Below the pieces are notes generated by a model. The model searched no databases. It was not told the origin of the DNA and saw only the letters and a program-made list of their open reading frames with translations. This document shows positions 32,671 to 42,431 of a stretch of 64,000 nt of DNA, piece by piece (the first letter of the stretch is position 1; each line of letters begins with the position of its first letter). Origin of the DNA: Hyphomicrobiales bacterium (GTDB lineage: Bacteria; Pseudomonadota; Alphaproteobacteria; Rhizobiales; Xanthobacteraceae); NCBI GenBank assembly GCA_038212905.1, contig JBBQUA010000003.1, positions 76 to 64,075 on the forward strand, read 5' to 3'. A program made the position numbers and the translations under genes.

Positions 32671-34410
32671 ATGGCTAAAACATCGCTCCTGGAGAACAAT
32701 CCGATGACCCTGCCCTTTTCCAATGCGCGCACCGGCGGCAAGATCCTGGTCGATCAGCTCCTGATCCACGGCGCCGACATGGCGTTCTGCGTACCCGGCG
32801 AGAGCTATCTGGAAGTGCTGGATGCGCTGTTCGACGTGCGCGACCGCTTCAAGCTGGTCAACGCCCGCCACGAGGCCGGCGCCGCCAACATGGCCGAGGC
32901 CTACGGCAAGCTGACCGGCAAGCCCGGCATCTGCATGGTGACGCGCGGTCCCGGCGCATGCCATGCGGCGGTCGGCGTCCATACCGCCTTCCAGGATTCG
33001 ACGCCGATGATCATGCTGATCGGCCAGGTCGGCCGCGACATGATGGACCGCGAAGCCTTTCAGGAAATCGATTACCGCCAGATGTTTGGCCCGGTCGCCA
33101 AATGGGCGGCGCAGATCGACGTCACCGCGCGGATTCCGGAGTACATGGCGCGCGCCTTCCACATCGCGACCTCGGGCCGCCCCGGCCCGGTGGTACTGGC
33201 TTTGCCGGAGGATATGTTGACCGAGGTGACGCAGTCCGGCGATGCGGTCTGCTATCACGCGACGCAAGCGGCCCCCGCGGCGCAGGTCTTCCCTCAGATT
33301 CGCGAACTGCTGGAGGGTGCCAAGAAGCCGATGATTCTGGCCGGCGGTCCGGGCTGGAGCGATCGCGCCTGCGCCCAATTGAAGGTTTTCGCCGAGGCCA
33401 ATGGCATTCCGGTTGCGACCTCGTTTCGCCGCCAGGATACCATGGACAACCGGTCGTCCTGCTTCGCCGGCGATCTCGGCACTTCAGGGCCGCCCGCGCT
33501 GGTGCAGCGCTTCAAGGAAGCCGACCTGCTGCTGGTGATCGGTGCGCGCCTCGGCGAGATGACCACCCAAGGCTACAGCATCCTGTCGTCGCCGAGGGCA
33601 CGACCGAAAATCATCCATGTTCATGCCGACGCCGACGAACTCGGCAAGGTGTTCACCCCTGATATCGCCGTGCAATCGTCAGCCGACAATTTCGTGGCCA
33701 GCCTCGCCGATGCCAGCTGGTTCGCCGCGGACCGCTGGAGCGCATGGAGCAAATCTGCCCGCACCGATTATCTCAACGCCGTCGCGCCGTCCGCTTGCAG
33801 TCGGGATCTCGACGTCGCCGCCGCGATGCTCGCACTCGACAAGCGGCTCGTCGATAACGCCATCGTCACGCTCGACGCCGGCAATCACACCGGCTGGCCG
33901 CAGCGCTTTCTGACCTACGCCCGGCCGGGCCGCCAGATCGGGCCGACCAACGGCGCGATGGGCTATTCGGTGCCGGCGGCGGTTGCGGCATCACTGGTCC
34001 ATCCGGACCGCATGGTGATCGGCTGCGTCGGCGACGGCGGTTTCATGATGAGCGGACAGGAAATCTCGACCGCCGTGCAGCACGGAGGCAAGCCGATCAT
34101 CCTGCTGTTCAACAACAACATGTACGGCACCATCCGCATGCATCAGGAGCGCGAGCACCCTTCCCGCGTCGTCGGAACCGACCTCGTCAATCCCGATTTC
34201 GTGGCGATGGCGCAGGCGATGGGCGCGCACGCCGAGCGCATCACCCGAACCGCGGATTTTGCGCCGGCGCTGGAGCGCGCCATAACGGCGGGCCGTGCGG
34301 CGATGCTCGAACTATGCACCGATCCGGAGCAGATTTCGACGCGCACCACCATCACCAACCTCCGGGTGGCGGCCGAAAAGCGGCAAGCGCAAAGCGCCGC
34401 GAGCGAGTAG
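32671..34410 (+). CDS. ThDP-binding acetolactate synthase-like enzyme (alternative start 32704)
   Basis: VPGESYL, RHEAGA, GDGGFMM...NNNMYGTIRMHQ. Confidence 0.9.
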   Translation: MAKTSLLENNPMTLPFSNARTGGKILVDQLLIHGADMAFCVPGESYLEVLDALFDVRDRFKLVNARHEAGAANMAEAYGKLTGKPGICMVTRGPGACHAAVGVHTAFQDSTPMIMLIGQVGRDMMDREAFQEIDYRQMFGPVAKWAAQIDVTARIPEYMARAFHIATSGRPGPVVLALPEDMLTEVTQSGDAVCYHATQAAPAAQVFPQIRELLEGAKKPMILAGGPGWSDRACAQLKVFAEANGIPVATSFRRQDTMDNRSSCFAGDLGTSGPPALVQRFKEADLLLVIGARLGEMTTQGYSILSSPRARPKIIHVHADADELGKVFTPDIAVQSSADNFVASLADASWFAADRWSAWSKSARTDYLNAVAPSACSRDLDVAAAMLALDKRLVDNAIVTLDAGNHTGWPQRFLTYARPGRQIGPTNGAMGYSVPAAVAASLVHPDRMVIGCVGDGGFMMSGQEISTAVQHGGKPIILLFNNNMYGTIRMHQEREHPSRVVGTDLVNPDFVAMAQAMGAHAERITRTADFAPALERAITAGRAAMLELCTDPEQISTRTTITNLRVAAEKRQAQSAASE

Positions 34411-34412
34411 CT

Positions 34413-34625
34413 TCAGGACGGAAAGTCAGTCAGCTTGACCTGAATCCGGTCCGCATGCAGCGACCAGTCGCAAAGCGACTGGGTTTCGCAGAATTTTCGC
34501 TTGGCCAGTTCGGTGGCGTGCCCCTCGCTGGCGGCGTCAACTTCCACGATGCTCTGGCAGATCTCGACCTGACGGCCGTTTTCGCCAAGTACGTCCTTCA
34601 TGAATCGAACAACAAATCGCGACAT
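34413..34625 (-). CDS. Small hypothetical protein
   Basis: MSRFVVRFMKDVLGENG... with RBS-like GGGAAGG upstream. Confidence 0.6.
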   Translation of the reverse strand: MSRFVVRFMKDVLGENGRQVEICQSIVEVDAASEGHATELAKRKFCETQSLCDWSLHADRIQVKLTDFPS

Positions 34626-35051
34626 GGAACCTTCCCTCGCGCACAGCGCCAAGACAGGCCCCCATTTAACTCTACTACAGCGAGAGGGAGTTGACCGAAA
34701 TCAACGCGCGGCATCAGGAGCCCAGGAACTCTAGACGCCGGCCGACGGCAGGCTGGCAGCCGCAATGGCGACGATCAGCTTCAGCCGGCGTCCGATCCGG
34801 GACGACGCCGAGCGCAAGAATGAGTTTACCTGTCGCATATCGCCAATTCCTTCCGCGCCATTCGGAACCAGCGTCCCGCAAACAGCGCTTAAGGAGAAAT
34901 TGGCCACGCCCGGGCGGCGTGTCGAGGGCGCGGCGAAAATAGCAACGTGGCCATCGCCCGAGCGCGGGTTCACGATGGATTTATTGCCGCGATCGGGGCG
35001 GCAGCGATGGAATTCTTCTCCTCGAAAAACCGATCCGGCGAGCCGGGTCCG

Positions 35052-36101
35052 TCAGCCCGGCGTAAACCCGAACGCCCGCTCGAAGCGTTTGGCATAGGCC
35101 GGCCACACCTCGGGATTGATCAGGCGCGGCGGCCGCTTGCCGTCGAGCGCGCCGAGCATCTGCTCGGCGGCGATCTTGCCCATATTGGCCCGCGCCTCCT
35201 TCGTTACGCCTGCGGTATGCGGGCTCGCCAGCACATTGTCGAACTGCAGCAGCGGATGGTCCGGCGGCGGTGGCTCCTTGTCCCAGACGTCGAGGCCCGC
35301 GCCAGCGATGCGCTTGTCGCGCAGCGCGTCGAACAGCGCCGCTTCATCATGGATAAAACCCCTCGCCGTGGTGATGTAATAGGCGTGCGGCTGCATCAGC
35401 GCGAATTGGCGCGCGCCGATCATGCCGCGCGTGTCCTTGGCGAGCGGACAATTGATCGAGACATAGTCGGAGGCGCGCAAGAGGTCGTCGAGTTCAACCT
35501 TTTCGCCGCCCCGCGCCGCCATCTCGGTTGCCGAGAGGTAGGGATCGTAGGCCAGCACCCTCATCCCGAGCAGGCCCTTGCAGAGTTCGGCGATGCGGCG
35601 GCCGACATTGCCGAGCCCGACGATGCCGATGGTCTTGCCCTGCGCTTCCGTGCCGATCAGGGAATTGCGGTTCACATTGGGATCGCGCCGCAACGCGCGA
35701 TCGGCCTCGATAATGCGCTTTGACAAAGTGAGCAGCATGCCGAGCGCGTGTTCGGCGACCGAGTGGGCGTTACCGCCGGACTGATTGACCACCAGCACAC
35801 CCGCTGCCGTGCAGGCCTCGACATCGACGGGATCGAAGCCCGCGCCGTTGCTGGAGACGATCAGGAGGTTCGGCGCGCGTTTTAGCAGGTCAGCATGGGC
35901 GTGAAAATGCGGCGCAAGCTCGTCGCGCGCCGCGCCGATCTGATAGGCGTGCGCGTCAGCCAGGATCGGTGCGAACATGGCCTCGGGGCTCTCGTTCTCG
36001 ATCCGGTCCAGCCGCACGTCGGACCGCGCCGCCAGGATTTCGGCATAGACCGGATGCGCCAGGTATTTGACGTAGAACACGCGCTTGTTATTCACGGACA
36101 T
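35052..36101 (-). CDS. D-2-hydroxyacid dehydrogenase (SerA-like)
   Basis: GIVGLGNVG, TARG, GLDVW..EP, SPHTAG. Confidence 0.9.
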   Translation of the reverse strand: MSVNNKRVFYVKYLAHPVYAEILAARSDVRLDRIENESPEAMFAPILADAHAYQIGAARDELAPHFHAHADLLKRAPNLLIVSSNGAGFDPVDVEACTAAGVLVVNQSGGNAHSVAEHALGMLLTLSKRIIEADRALRRDPNVNRNSLIGTEAQGKTIGIVGLGNVGRRIAELCKGLLGMRVLAYDPYLSATEMAARGGEKVELDDLLRASDYVSINCPLAKDTRGMIGARQFALMQPHAYYITTARGFIHDEAALFDALRDKRIAGAGLDVWDKEPPPPDHPLLQFDNVLASPHTAGVTKEARANMGKIAAEQMLGALDGKRPPRLINPEVWPAYAKRFERAFGFTPG

Positions 36102-36115
36102 TGTTGATCAAGCCT

Positions 36116-37009
36116 TCAGTTCGGAAAACCGTAGAGTTTTGCAGGATTGGTGACCAGGATGCGATGCTGCGCCGCCTGATCCGGCGTCCAGCGTTGAAAC
36201 AATTCGAACAGGTGTCCGGCATCGGGCATCTCGCCCTCGACGCGGGGATGCGGCCAGTCACCGCCCCACACCAGGCGTTCCGGATTGGCCCGCACCAGCG
36301 CTTCATGAAACGGCCGGGCGTCGGGATAATCGGGCGCATTGCGGCTGAGGCGATGGGCGCCCGACAGCTTGGCCCAGCACCAGCCCTCGCCGACCGCGCG
36401 CAGCAGGCTCTGGAAGCCGTCGGTCTGCGTGCCGGCCCGCGCGTCGGTGCGACCCATGTGATCGATCACGACGGGCAGGCCGAGCGCTTTCAGCACCGGA
36501 ATGGTCTCCGGCAGATCCTTGACGTCGATCCAGAGCTGAAGATGCCAGCCGAGTTCAGCCATCACCGGCGCGAGCCCCTCGGCTACCGACAGCGGCACGC
36601 CGCCGCGGTAGTGCAATTGCCCGTCGCGAAAGAAGTGATTGAAGCGCAGCCCCCGGACCCCGAGCCGATTCCATTCACGCAGATCGTCAGGCGAAATATC
36701 GGCGTCGGCGACCGCGACGCCGCGCAGACGATCGGGCTGCCGCGCCAGCGCATCCAGCATCGCTGTGTTGTCGCGGCCATGCGCACTGCCCTGCACCAGC
36801 ACGCCGCGCGCGAATCCGATCGTGTCGAGCATGCCCAGATATTTTTCGAGCGGCGCATCCGGCGGCGTGTAGCTGCGGTCGTCGGCATAGGCGAACTGCG
36901 CCGCCGGTCCGAACACATGGGCATGGGTGTCGCAGGCACCAGGCGGCGGCGGCACCTTCGGCTTGCTGACGTCGCGTGGTGGCAGGCAGGCGGGAATCGT
37001 CATCGTCAT
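36116..37009 (-). CDS. Amidohydrolase (LigI/PDC lactonase-like)
   Basis: ACDTHAHVFG, IDHMGR, WGGDWPHP; ATGA overlap with the upstream Bug gene stop. Confidence 0.88.
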   Translation of the reverse strand: MTMTIPACLPPRDVSKPKVPPPPGACDTHAHVFGPAAQFAYADDRSYTPPDAPLEKYLGMLDTIGFARGVLVQGSAHGRDNTAMLDALARQPDRLRGVAVADADISPDDLREWNRLGVRGLRFNHFFRDGQLHYRGGVPLSVAEGLAPVMAELGWHLQLWIDVKDLPETIPVLKALGLPVVIDHMGRTDARAGTQTDGFQSLLRAVGEGWCWAKLSGAHRLSRNAPDYPDARPFHEALVRANPERLVWGGDWPHPRVEGEMPDAGHLFELFQRWTPDQAAQHRILVTNPAKLYGFPN

Positions 37010-37428
37010 TCCGCCTTCATGTCGGAGGCCTTGATAATCGGATCCCACTTCTCGTAGTCGGCCCGAATCTTGTCGCTGAACTCTTTCGGCGAGCTGCCGA
37101 TCGGTACAGCGCCGAGCTTGGCCAGCCGCGCTTTCACCGATTCGGTGTTCAAGGCGGCGACGAAATCCAGCGAGAGTTTCGTCACGAGATCGGCGGGCAT
37201 GCCGGCAGGTCCGAGCAGGCCCCACCACACCTCGGTGTCGTAGCCCGGCACGGTTTCAGCCATGCCGGGCACATTGGGCAGCAACGGCGCCCGTGTGGCG
37301 GTGGTGACCGCGAGTGCGCGCAGCGTGCCGGCCTCGAGCTGCGGGAGTGCTTCCGGGCCATTGTTGAACGACATCGCAATCTGCCCGCCCAGCAGATCGT
37401 TGATGGCGGGCGCGCCGCCCTTGTAGGG
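37006..37428 (-). pseudogene. C-terminal half of a Bug/TctC gene split by the integrated element
   Basis: PYKGGAPAINDLLGGQI...PGYDTEVWWGLLGPAG; continues the N-terminal half at 48392-48948. Confidence 0.92.
37418..37428. repeat. Left att core CCCTTGTAGGG
   Basis: Identical to 48392-48402. Confidence 0.9.
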
Positions 37429-37673
37429 ATTTCTGGCTATCCACCAAGCTTCATGGTAGCCTTCCCTAGAACCGTAAGCCTCTGAAATCACAAATATTGT
37501 ATCCACCACTGTCCACCTGACTGTTCTAGTGTTTTCTCCCCTCACAGGGACATTCTAGGGACAGTGCCCGACGCTCTGCATCCGCGGTCGCACACCGCGG
37601 TATGCATCCGCGGATACCAACCGGGTCGTGGCCGCGCGGCCACGGCCCACGATAGCACCTTGAAAGGACCACC

Positions 37674-38873
37674 ATGCCCCGCGCCCGCGCCATCCAATCC
37701 CCTTCGCTCAGCACGCCAACCGCTCGCCTGCGCCTGCCCGTGCGCGGCAAGAGCTATAGCTTGCCGATCTCCACCGGCATTCAATTGCTCTTCCGCCGAA
37801 ATCTCGGCGCTGGCGCGTGGAGCGTCAAGACAAAAAACTGGATCAAGAAGCTCGCCGCCGCCGACGACTTCGAAGCGGCGAACGGCAACAGCGTTTTGGA
37901 CTTCGACCAAGCCATGACGAAAGCCCGCGAACTGGCGCGCGTCGGCGAGGGCAACTCGGCGCGCCTGATCACGGTTGCTGAAGCCATCGCCGACTATAAG
38001 GCCGACTGCATCGCGCGCGGCGCACAGGTAACCAACGCCACGCAGATACAATTCAACATGGAGGATTCGCCGTCGCTGCTCAGTAAACCGGTGGCGCTCT
38101 TGAAGAGCAAAGAGTTGTCCGACTGGCGCAATCGTTTGGTGGCCGGTGGCCTGCGGCCATCGTCCGCAGATCGCATCGGCCGAAGCCTGAAGGCTGCTCT
38201 GAATCTGGCGCAACGCAATGACAAGCGCATCGTCAACGGTGCGGAATGGAAAGACGCACTAAGCCGCCTGAAGAATGCCAACACGGCGCGCGATAACGTC
38301 ATCTTGTCGGATGCAGAAGTCACGGCGCTAGTGCGCGCGTGCCATGATGAAAACGATCAACTCGGAATCTGGATTGATATCCTTGCCGAAACCGGGGCGC
38401 GTGAAAGTCAGTGCGAAAAGCTGAAGGTGCGCGATCTGCAAGATGGCAACAAGTCGCCGCGCCTGATGCTGCCCACTTCACTGAAGGGCAAGAACCGCGA
38501 AGCCGGATTTAAGCCGGTGCCGATCTCGGCGCGGTTGGCGGCGCTGCTGCGAAAGAACGCAACCGGCCCTCGCGCGCACGATCTGTTGCTCACCAAGGTT
38601 TACAAATTGTCGGTGCAGTTTAGTCCCGTCGCTGCCCGGCTTGGCCATGGTCCGGAAATCTCGCCGTATAGCTTGCGTCATAGTTCAATCGTGCGCCAGC
38701 TGCTGAAGGGGACGCCGATCAGGGTTGTCGCTTCGCACCATGATACGTCGGTTGGTGAGATCGAGCGGGTGTACAGTCGGCATATTTCCGACGTGAGCGA
38801 CGATCTGACGCGCGCAACGCTGCTGGATTTCGGCGGTGAGTCGGCGGGCAATGTGGTGCCGCTGCGCAAGTAA
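37674..38873 (+). CDS. int: Tyrosine recombinase/integrase
   Basis: ETGARES (Arg), YSLRHSS, ASHHDTS, ERVYS (Tyr); adjacent to the att site. Confidence 0.9.
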   Translation: MPRARAIQSPSLSTPTARLRLPVRGKSYSLPISTGIQLLFRRNLGAGAWSVKTKNWIKKLAAADDFEAANGNSVLDFDQAMTKARELARVGEGNSARLITVAEAIADYKADCIARGAQVTNATQIQFNMEDSPSLLSKPVALLKSKELSDWRNRLVAGGLRPSSADRIGRSLKAALNLAQRNDKRIVNGAEWKDALSRLKNANTARDNVILSDAEVTALVRACHDENDQLGIWIDILAETGARESQCEKLKVRDLQDGNKSPRLMLPTSLKGKNREAGFKPVPISARLAALLRKNATGPRAHDLLLTKVYKLSVQFSPVAARLGHGPEISPYSLRHSSIVRQLLKGTPIRVVASHHDTSVGEIERVYSRHISDVSDDLTRATLLDFGGESAGNVVPLRK

Positions 38874-39263
38874 GCGAGCAAGGTTGGTTGATTGTCGAAA
38901 CTGCGCCGGATGGATTTTCGGCGCAGTTTATTTTTGGGCCATTTCGATAAACTGGCCGGAATGCATTTTCGGGCCAGTTTATTCTGGGAGGCCACCTCTC
39001 AGCCATTTTCACGTTTAATGCTCCACCAATTCCCCTTGTGCTTCCCTATGGCCAGCCCCATACTTGGATATGTTCGCCGGGGTAACAAACCGGCTGGCGG
39101 TTTCTAGGACCGTCACTCAGCCCCGCCCGCTCAGTCGAGAGCGCGACGGACGAAAAATCAGCAAAGCAAAATCGAGAAAACAATGCGCAACGCTTCACCA
39201 GCGCCCGCGCGGCTGTGATTTTTCCGTCCGCCGCTGGCGCTCAACATATGAGCGAGAACACCA

Positions 39264-39605
39264 ATGCCAAAGAAGTCCAAAGCAGGCACGATTACCGCCC
39301 GTGCAACCCGCGCCTTTGCGACCGCCGACGTGCCCCGCGAAAGCAAAACGATCATGGAATTTTGCGCCGCATGGCGCATCTCACCGTCGTTCTATTATAA
39401 AATGCAGGAGAAGGGCAAAGGACCGCGCGAAACCCGCCTGCTGCAAAAGAAAATCATCATCACCAATGAGAACGAAGCGAAGTGGGCGCTTGAATGCGAG
39501 AAGGCGTCCGCCAAGGAATGCGCAAAGGAAGCCGCTGCCAAGAAGCAGGCCGCTGCCACGAAGCAAGCCGCCCGTAAAATCGGCCACGCCAGCGTCGCCG
39601 CGTAA
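39264..39605 (+). CDS. Excisionase/AlpA-like winged-HTH protein with Ala/Lys-rich tail
   Basis: TIMEFCAAWRISPSFYYKMQEKGKGP pattern typical of phage Xis/AlpA proteins. Confidence 0.7.
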   Translation: MPKKSKAGTITARATRAFATADVPRESKTIMEFCAAWRISPSFYYKMQEKGKGPRETRLLQKKIIITNENEAKWALECEKASAKECAKEAAAKKQAAATKQAARKIGHASVAA

Positions 39606-42424
39606 TGGATCAAAAAAAGGGCCGCCCGGACGATCTGCAATCGTCCGGTGCGGCGGGTTTTTCAATCGCGTCAGGTGAGAGCAAAAACCCTAACACGTCC
39701 AGCGCACACAATCCAGCGGCTGATTTCATCAAAGCGCTGTTTGGAGCAACTACCGAACAGCCGACCTATATCTGCACATTCCCAAATCTGCGCGACGATC
39801 CGAACCAGCCGGGAGAGCGCCACGTTTTCACGCGCCAGTCCGGCGACATTGCCAAGTTCATCAAGAAATGGGATCGCGCCGAACGTGGATTATTTTTCTG
39901 CGTCAACACCGTCAAGGCCGGGCAACGCCGCGCCAAGGAAAACATCGCCGAGATCATTGGCCTTCACGCCGATATTGACTTCAAGGATGTCACCGACAAC
40001 CGCGCCGACGTTGAGCGCATCCTGAAGAATCTTTCGATGCCGCCGAGCGCCACCGTGTTTTCCGGAAATGGATTGCATTGTTATTGGCCGTTCACCGAAG
40101 CGCTGGAAGCCAGCGAAGAGAACAAAGAGCGCATTGAGATGGCCTTGCGCCAGATCGCCGATCTTGTCGGCGGTGACATTCAATGTGCCGAAGTCTCGCG
40201 GGTGCTCCGGTTGCCAGGAACACATAACACCAAGAACGGCGCGTGGATCGAAGTCGAAGTTCTGACCAACACCGGCCTGCGCTATGAGTTGGACGATCTC
40301 GAAGAAATGTTGTCGATCACGTCGCCGAAAATCTTTCGCAAGAAACGTCCGGCTGCGGTGACGGCCGGGCAAGACGATTATTTCACGCGCTACGCCAAGG
40401 AACACAAAACACCGATTGATGTCGATGCTCGATTGGCCGCGATGATGTACATGGGTATCGGCGACGCATCGATTCATGAGACGCAAACCAATGTTGCACT
40501 GTCAATGCTTGGTACGGGGTACACCGTCGATGAAGTCGTGGAAATTCTGCTCGCTGCCACCCGCGCCGCTGCGGGCGGATATGGCGAGCGCTGGAATTGG
40601 ACGCGTGAGGAACGCAACATTAGGAAGGACTGCCTAGTTTGCCTCAAGAAATATCCCGATGTCGCGGCGAAAGTTGCAGCGACGGAAAAGGCCAAGCGCG
40701 CGTCACCCGTTGACGCGGAACATACTGATAATATCAGTAAGTCCCACAGCGCGTCACCCGTCCACGCCGAGCCGCATGACAATGTCATGCAGCACCAGAG
40801 CGTGACCGGTGGTGGTGCTGCGCCCGCCAATGTTTTGCCGTTCAAGAAACCGCCGCCGAAAACGTCCCTGAAAAAAGAAGAGCCGCACGTCAAGCTTGGC
40901 AATGCCGTCATTGGGAAGATGAAGGATGCGGGCGAGGATATCCTGATCACCGGGACCGAAATCTGGTTCTGCACCGGCTCGCTCTGGGCACTGCAGACAG
41001 AAACACGGTGGCTTGATGTTCGTATCGAAACCGCGTGCCGGTTGCTGAATTACAAAAGCAAGATGCGCCTGATTGCCGAAACGCGGGCATGGATCATGCG
41101 TCACCCTGATTTGTTTCGTAGAGTGGTGGTGTGGGATGCTCACGGAAAAATTCCAGTCAAGGGATTCCTAATTGATCAAAAAACTCTGGAGCTGGAAAAA
41201 CTCACCAGCGAACACTTTGCGACATGGACTAATGATATTGAATACGACGTGGGGGCGAAGTGTCCGCTGTGGGAGCGTACACTTGACGACGCATTTGCTG
41301 ATCGCCCCGAGGTGGTGCGCAAGCAGACTATCGAGATGATTCAGGAACTGGCGGGCATGGCGTTGATCGACGGGAAGTCGAAGGCGTTGTCCAAGGCCAC
41401 CGTCATGCAAGGCCCGTCGAATACTTCCAAGTCGGTGACGACGAACGTCATCACCGGGCTGCTGACTGACCACCCGATTGCGACCGCGCTCGAAAATATC
41501 AACGACACTCACGGCCTGCAGGAATTTGTTCGCCGTGCGCCCTGGGTGCTTCACGAAGCATTCACCGCTGGAAAGTGGATACCGTCGGCGCGGGTGAAGT
41601 CGATTATTTCCGGTGACCCGATATCGATCAATATTAAGGGCATGCCGCTGCTTACCAAGAAGATCACCGCGCCTATTTTTTGGTGTACGAATCCTCCGGT
41701 TCAAATCAGTGAGGCGACGGCAGCCATCCGCAACCGCATTGTCATCATTGAATTTCGCACCGTGTTCGATGAGAAGATCAAGACTGGAGTCGCTCTCGAC
41801 GCCAAGAAGTCAGGCTTTGACCATCTCGATACGTTCCTGCTGGAGCGCGAGAAGCCCGGCATTTTTAATTGGGCGCTGGCCGGGATGCGGCGCGCGTCGG
41901 AACGCGGGCATATTGAAAACACCGTTGAAGGCAAGGCAGCGCTTGATGAGTTTCAGGCCGCTGGCAATATCGTTGCCGGTTTTCTTGATGAGTGCGCCAC
42001 GTATGGCAAAAGGTATGCGATGCGGGTACCCGATTTCTGCTCGGCATTCTCAGTCTGGTGGGAGCAAAATAAATCGACTGACCGCAACATTCCAAAGAAC
42101 GACGCTATCAGCCGCGCGCTGATTGCGTTGGGTGATGCCTGCATCGGTGTCAATTCGAAAGACCTCCGGATTAGCAGCCACCGCTACTACATCGGAATGC
42201 ACTTCAACAAAACCGGGCTTGCGTATTGGCAAGCGGCGACAACGTCGGGAAAGTTTTCGGGTGCTGTCAGCATAGTGCAGGCGAGTGACAGCGTGAAAAA
42301 AGTAAACCAGCTGATCCCTGACGGCTGGCTGGACCGGGTGACGGTAAAGCGTCTGCAGCGAGCGGACTTCAGCAAGCACGAGGCCGAAGAGATGCGGCGG
42401 GAGCGGGAGGATGATGGCGACTGA
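39605..42424 (+). CDS. Primase (RepB/AEP-like) fused to a D5/P4-type SF3 helicase
   Basis: LHADIDFK, SGNGLHCYW, RVLRLPGTHN primase motifs; CPLWERTL, GPSNTSKS Walker A-like, CTN, RNRIVIIEF helicase motifs. Confidence 0.85.
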   Translation: MDQKKGRPDDLQSSGAAGFSIASGESKNPNTSSAHNPAADFIKALFGATTEQPTYICTFPNLRDDPNQPGERHVFTRQSGDIAKFIKKWDRAERGLFFCVNTVKAGQRRAKENIAEIIGLHADIDFKDVTDNRADVERILKNLSMPPSATVFSGNGLHCYWPFTEALEASEENKERIEMALRQIADLVGGDIQCAEVSRVLRLPGTHNTKNGAWIEVEVLTNTGLRYELDDLEEMLSITSPKIFRKKRPAAVTAGQDDYFTRYAKEHKTPIDVDARLAAMMYMGIGDASIHETQTNVALSMLGTGYTVDEVVEILLAATRAAAGGYGERWNWTREERNIRKDCLVCLKKYPDVAAKVAATEKAKRASPVDAEHTDNISKSHSASPVHAEPHDNVMQHQSVTGGGAAPANVLPFKKPPPKTSLKKEEPHVKLGNAVIGKMKDAGEDILITGTEIWFCTGSLWALQTETRWLDVRIETACRLLNYKSKMRLIAETRAWIMRHPDLFRRVVVWDAHGKIPVKGFLIDQKTLELEKLTSEHFATWTNDIEYDVGAKCPLWERTLDDAFADRPEVVRKQTIEMIQELAGMALIDGKSKALSKATVMQGPSNTSKSVTTNVITGLLTDHPIATALENINDTHGLQEFVRRAPWVLHEAFTAGKWIPSARVKSIISGDPISINIKGMPLLTKKITAPIFWCTNPPVQISEATAAIRNRIVIIEFRTVFDEKIKTGVALDAKKSGFDHLDTFLLEREKPGIFNWALAGMRRASERGHIENTVEGKAALDEFQAAGNIVAGFLDECATYGKRYAMRVPDFCSAFSVWWEQNKSTDRNIPKNDAISRALIALGDACIGVNSKDLRISSHRYYIGMHFNKTGLAYWQAATTSGKFSGAVSIVQASDSVKKVNQLIPDGWLDRVTVKRLQRADFSKHEAEEMRREREDDGD

Positions 42425-42431
42425 TGAGGGC

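Noticed and set aside
34731-34973. Small minus-strand ORF in the intergenic gap
   Set aside because: No recognisable motif or convincing RBS
37006-37545. 179-aa ORF as an element-restored Bug gene
   Set aside because: The element-derived N-terminus has no signal peptide or Bug similarity; it is chance read-through
38898-38983. Palindromic ~35-bp repeats as a mini CRISPR array
   Set aside because: Only two divergent units with a 16-bp gap, and no cas genes in the window
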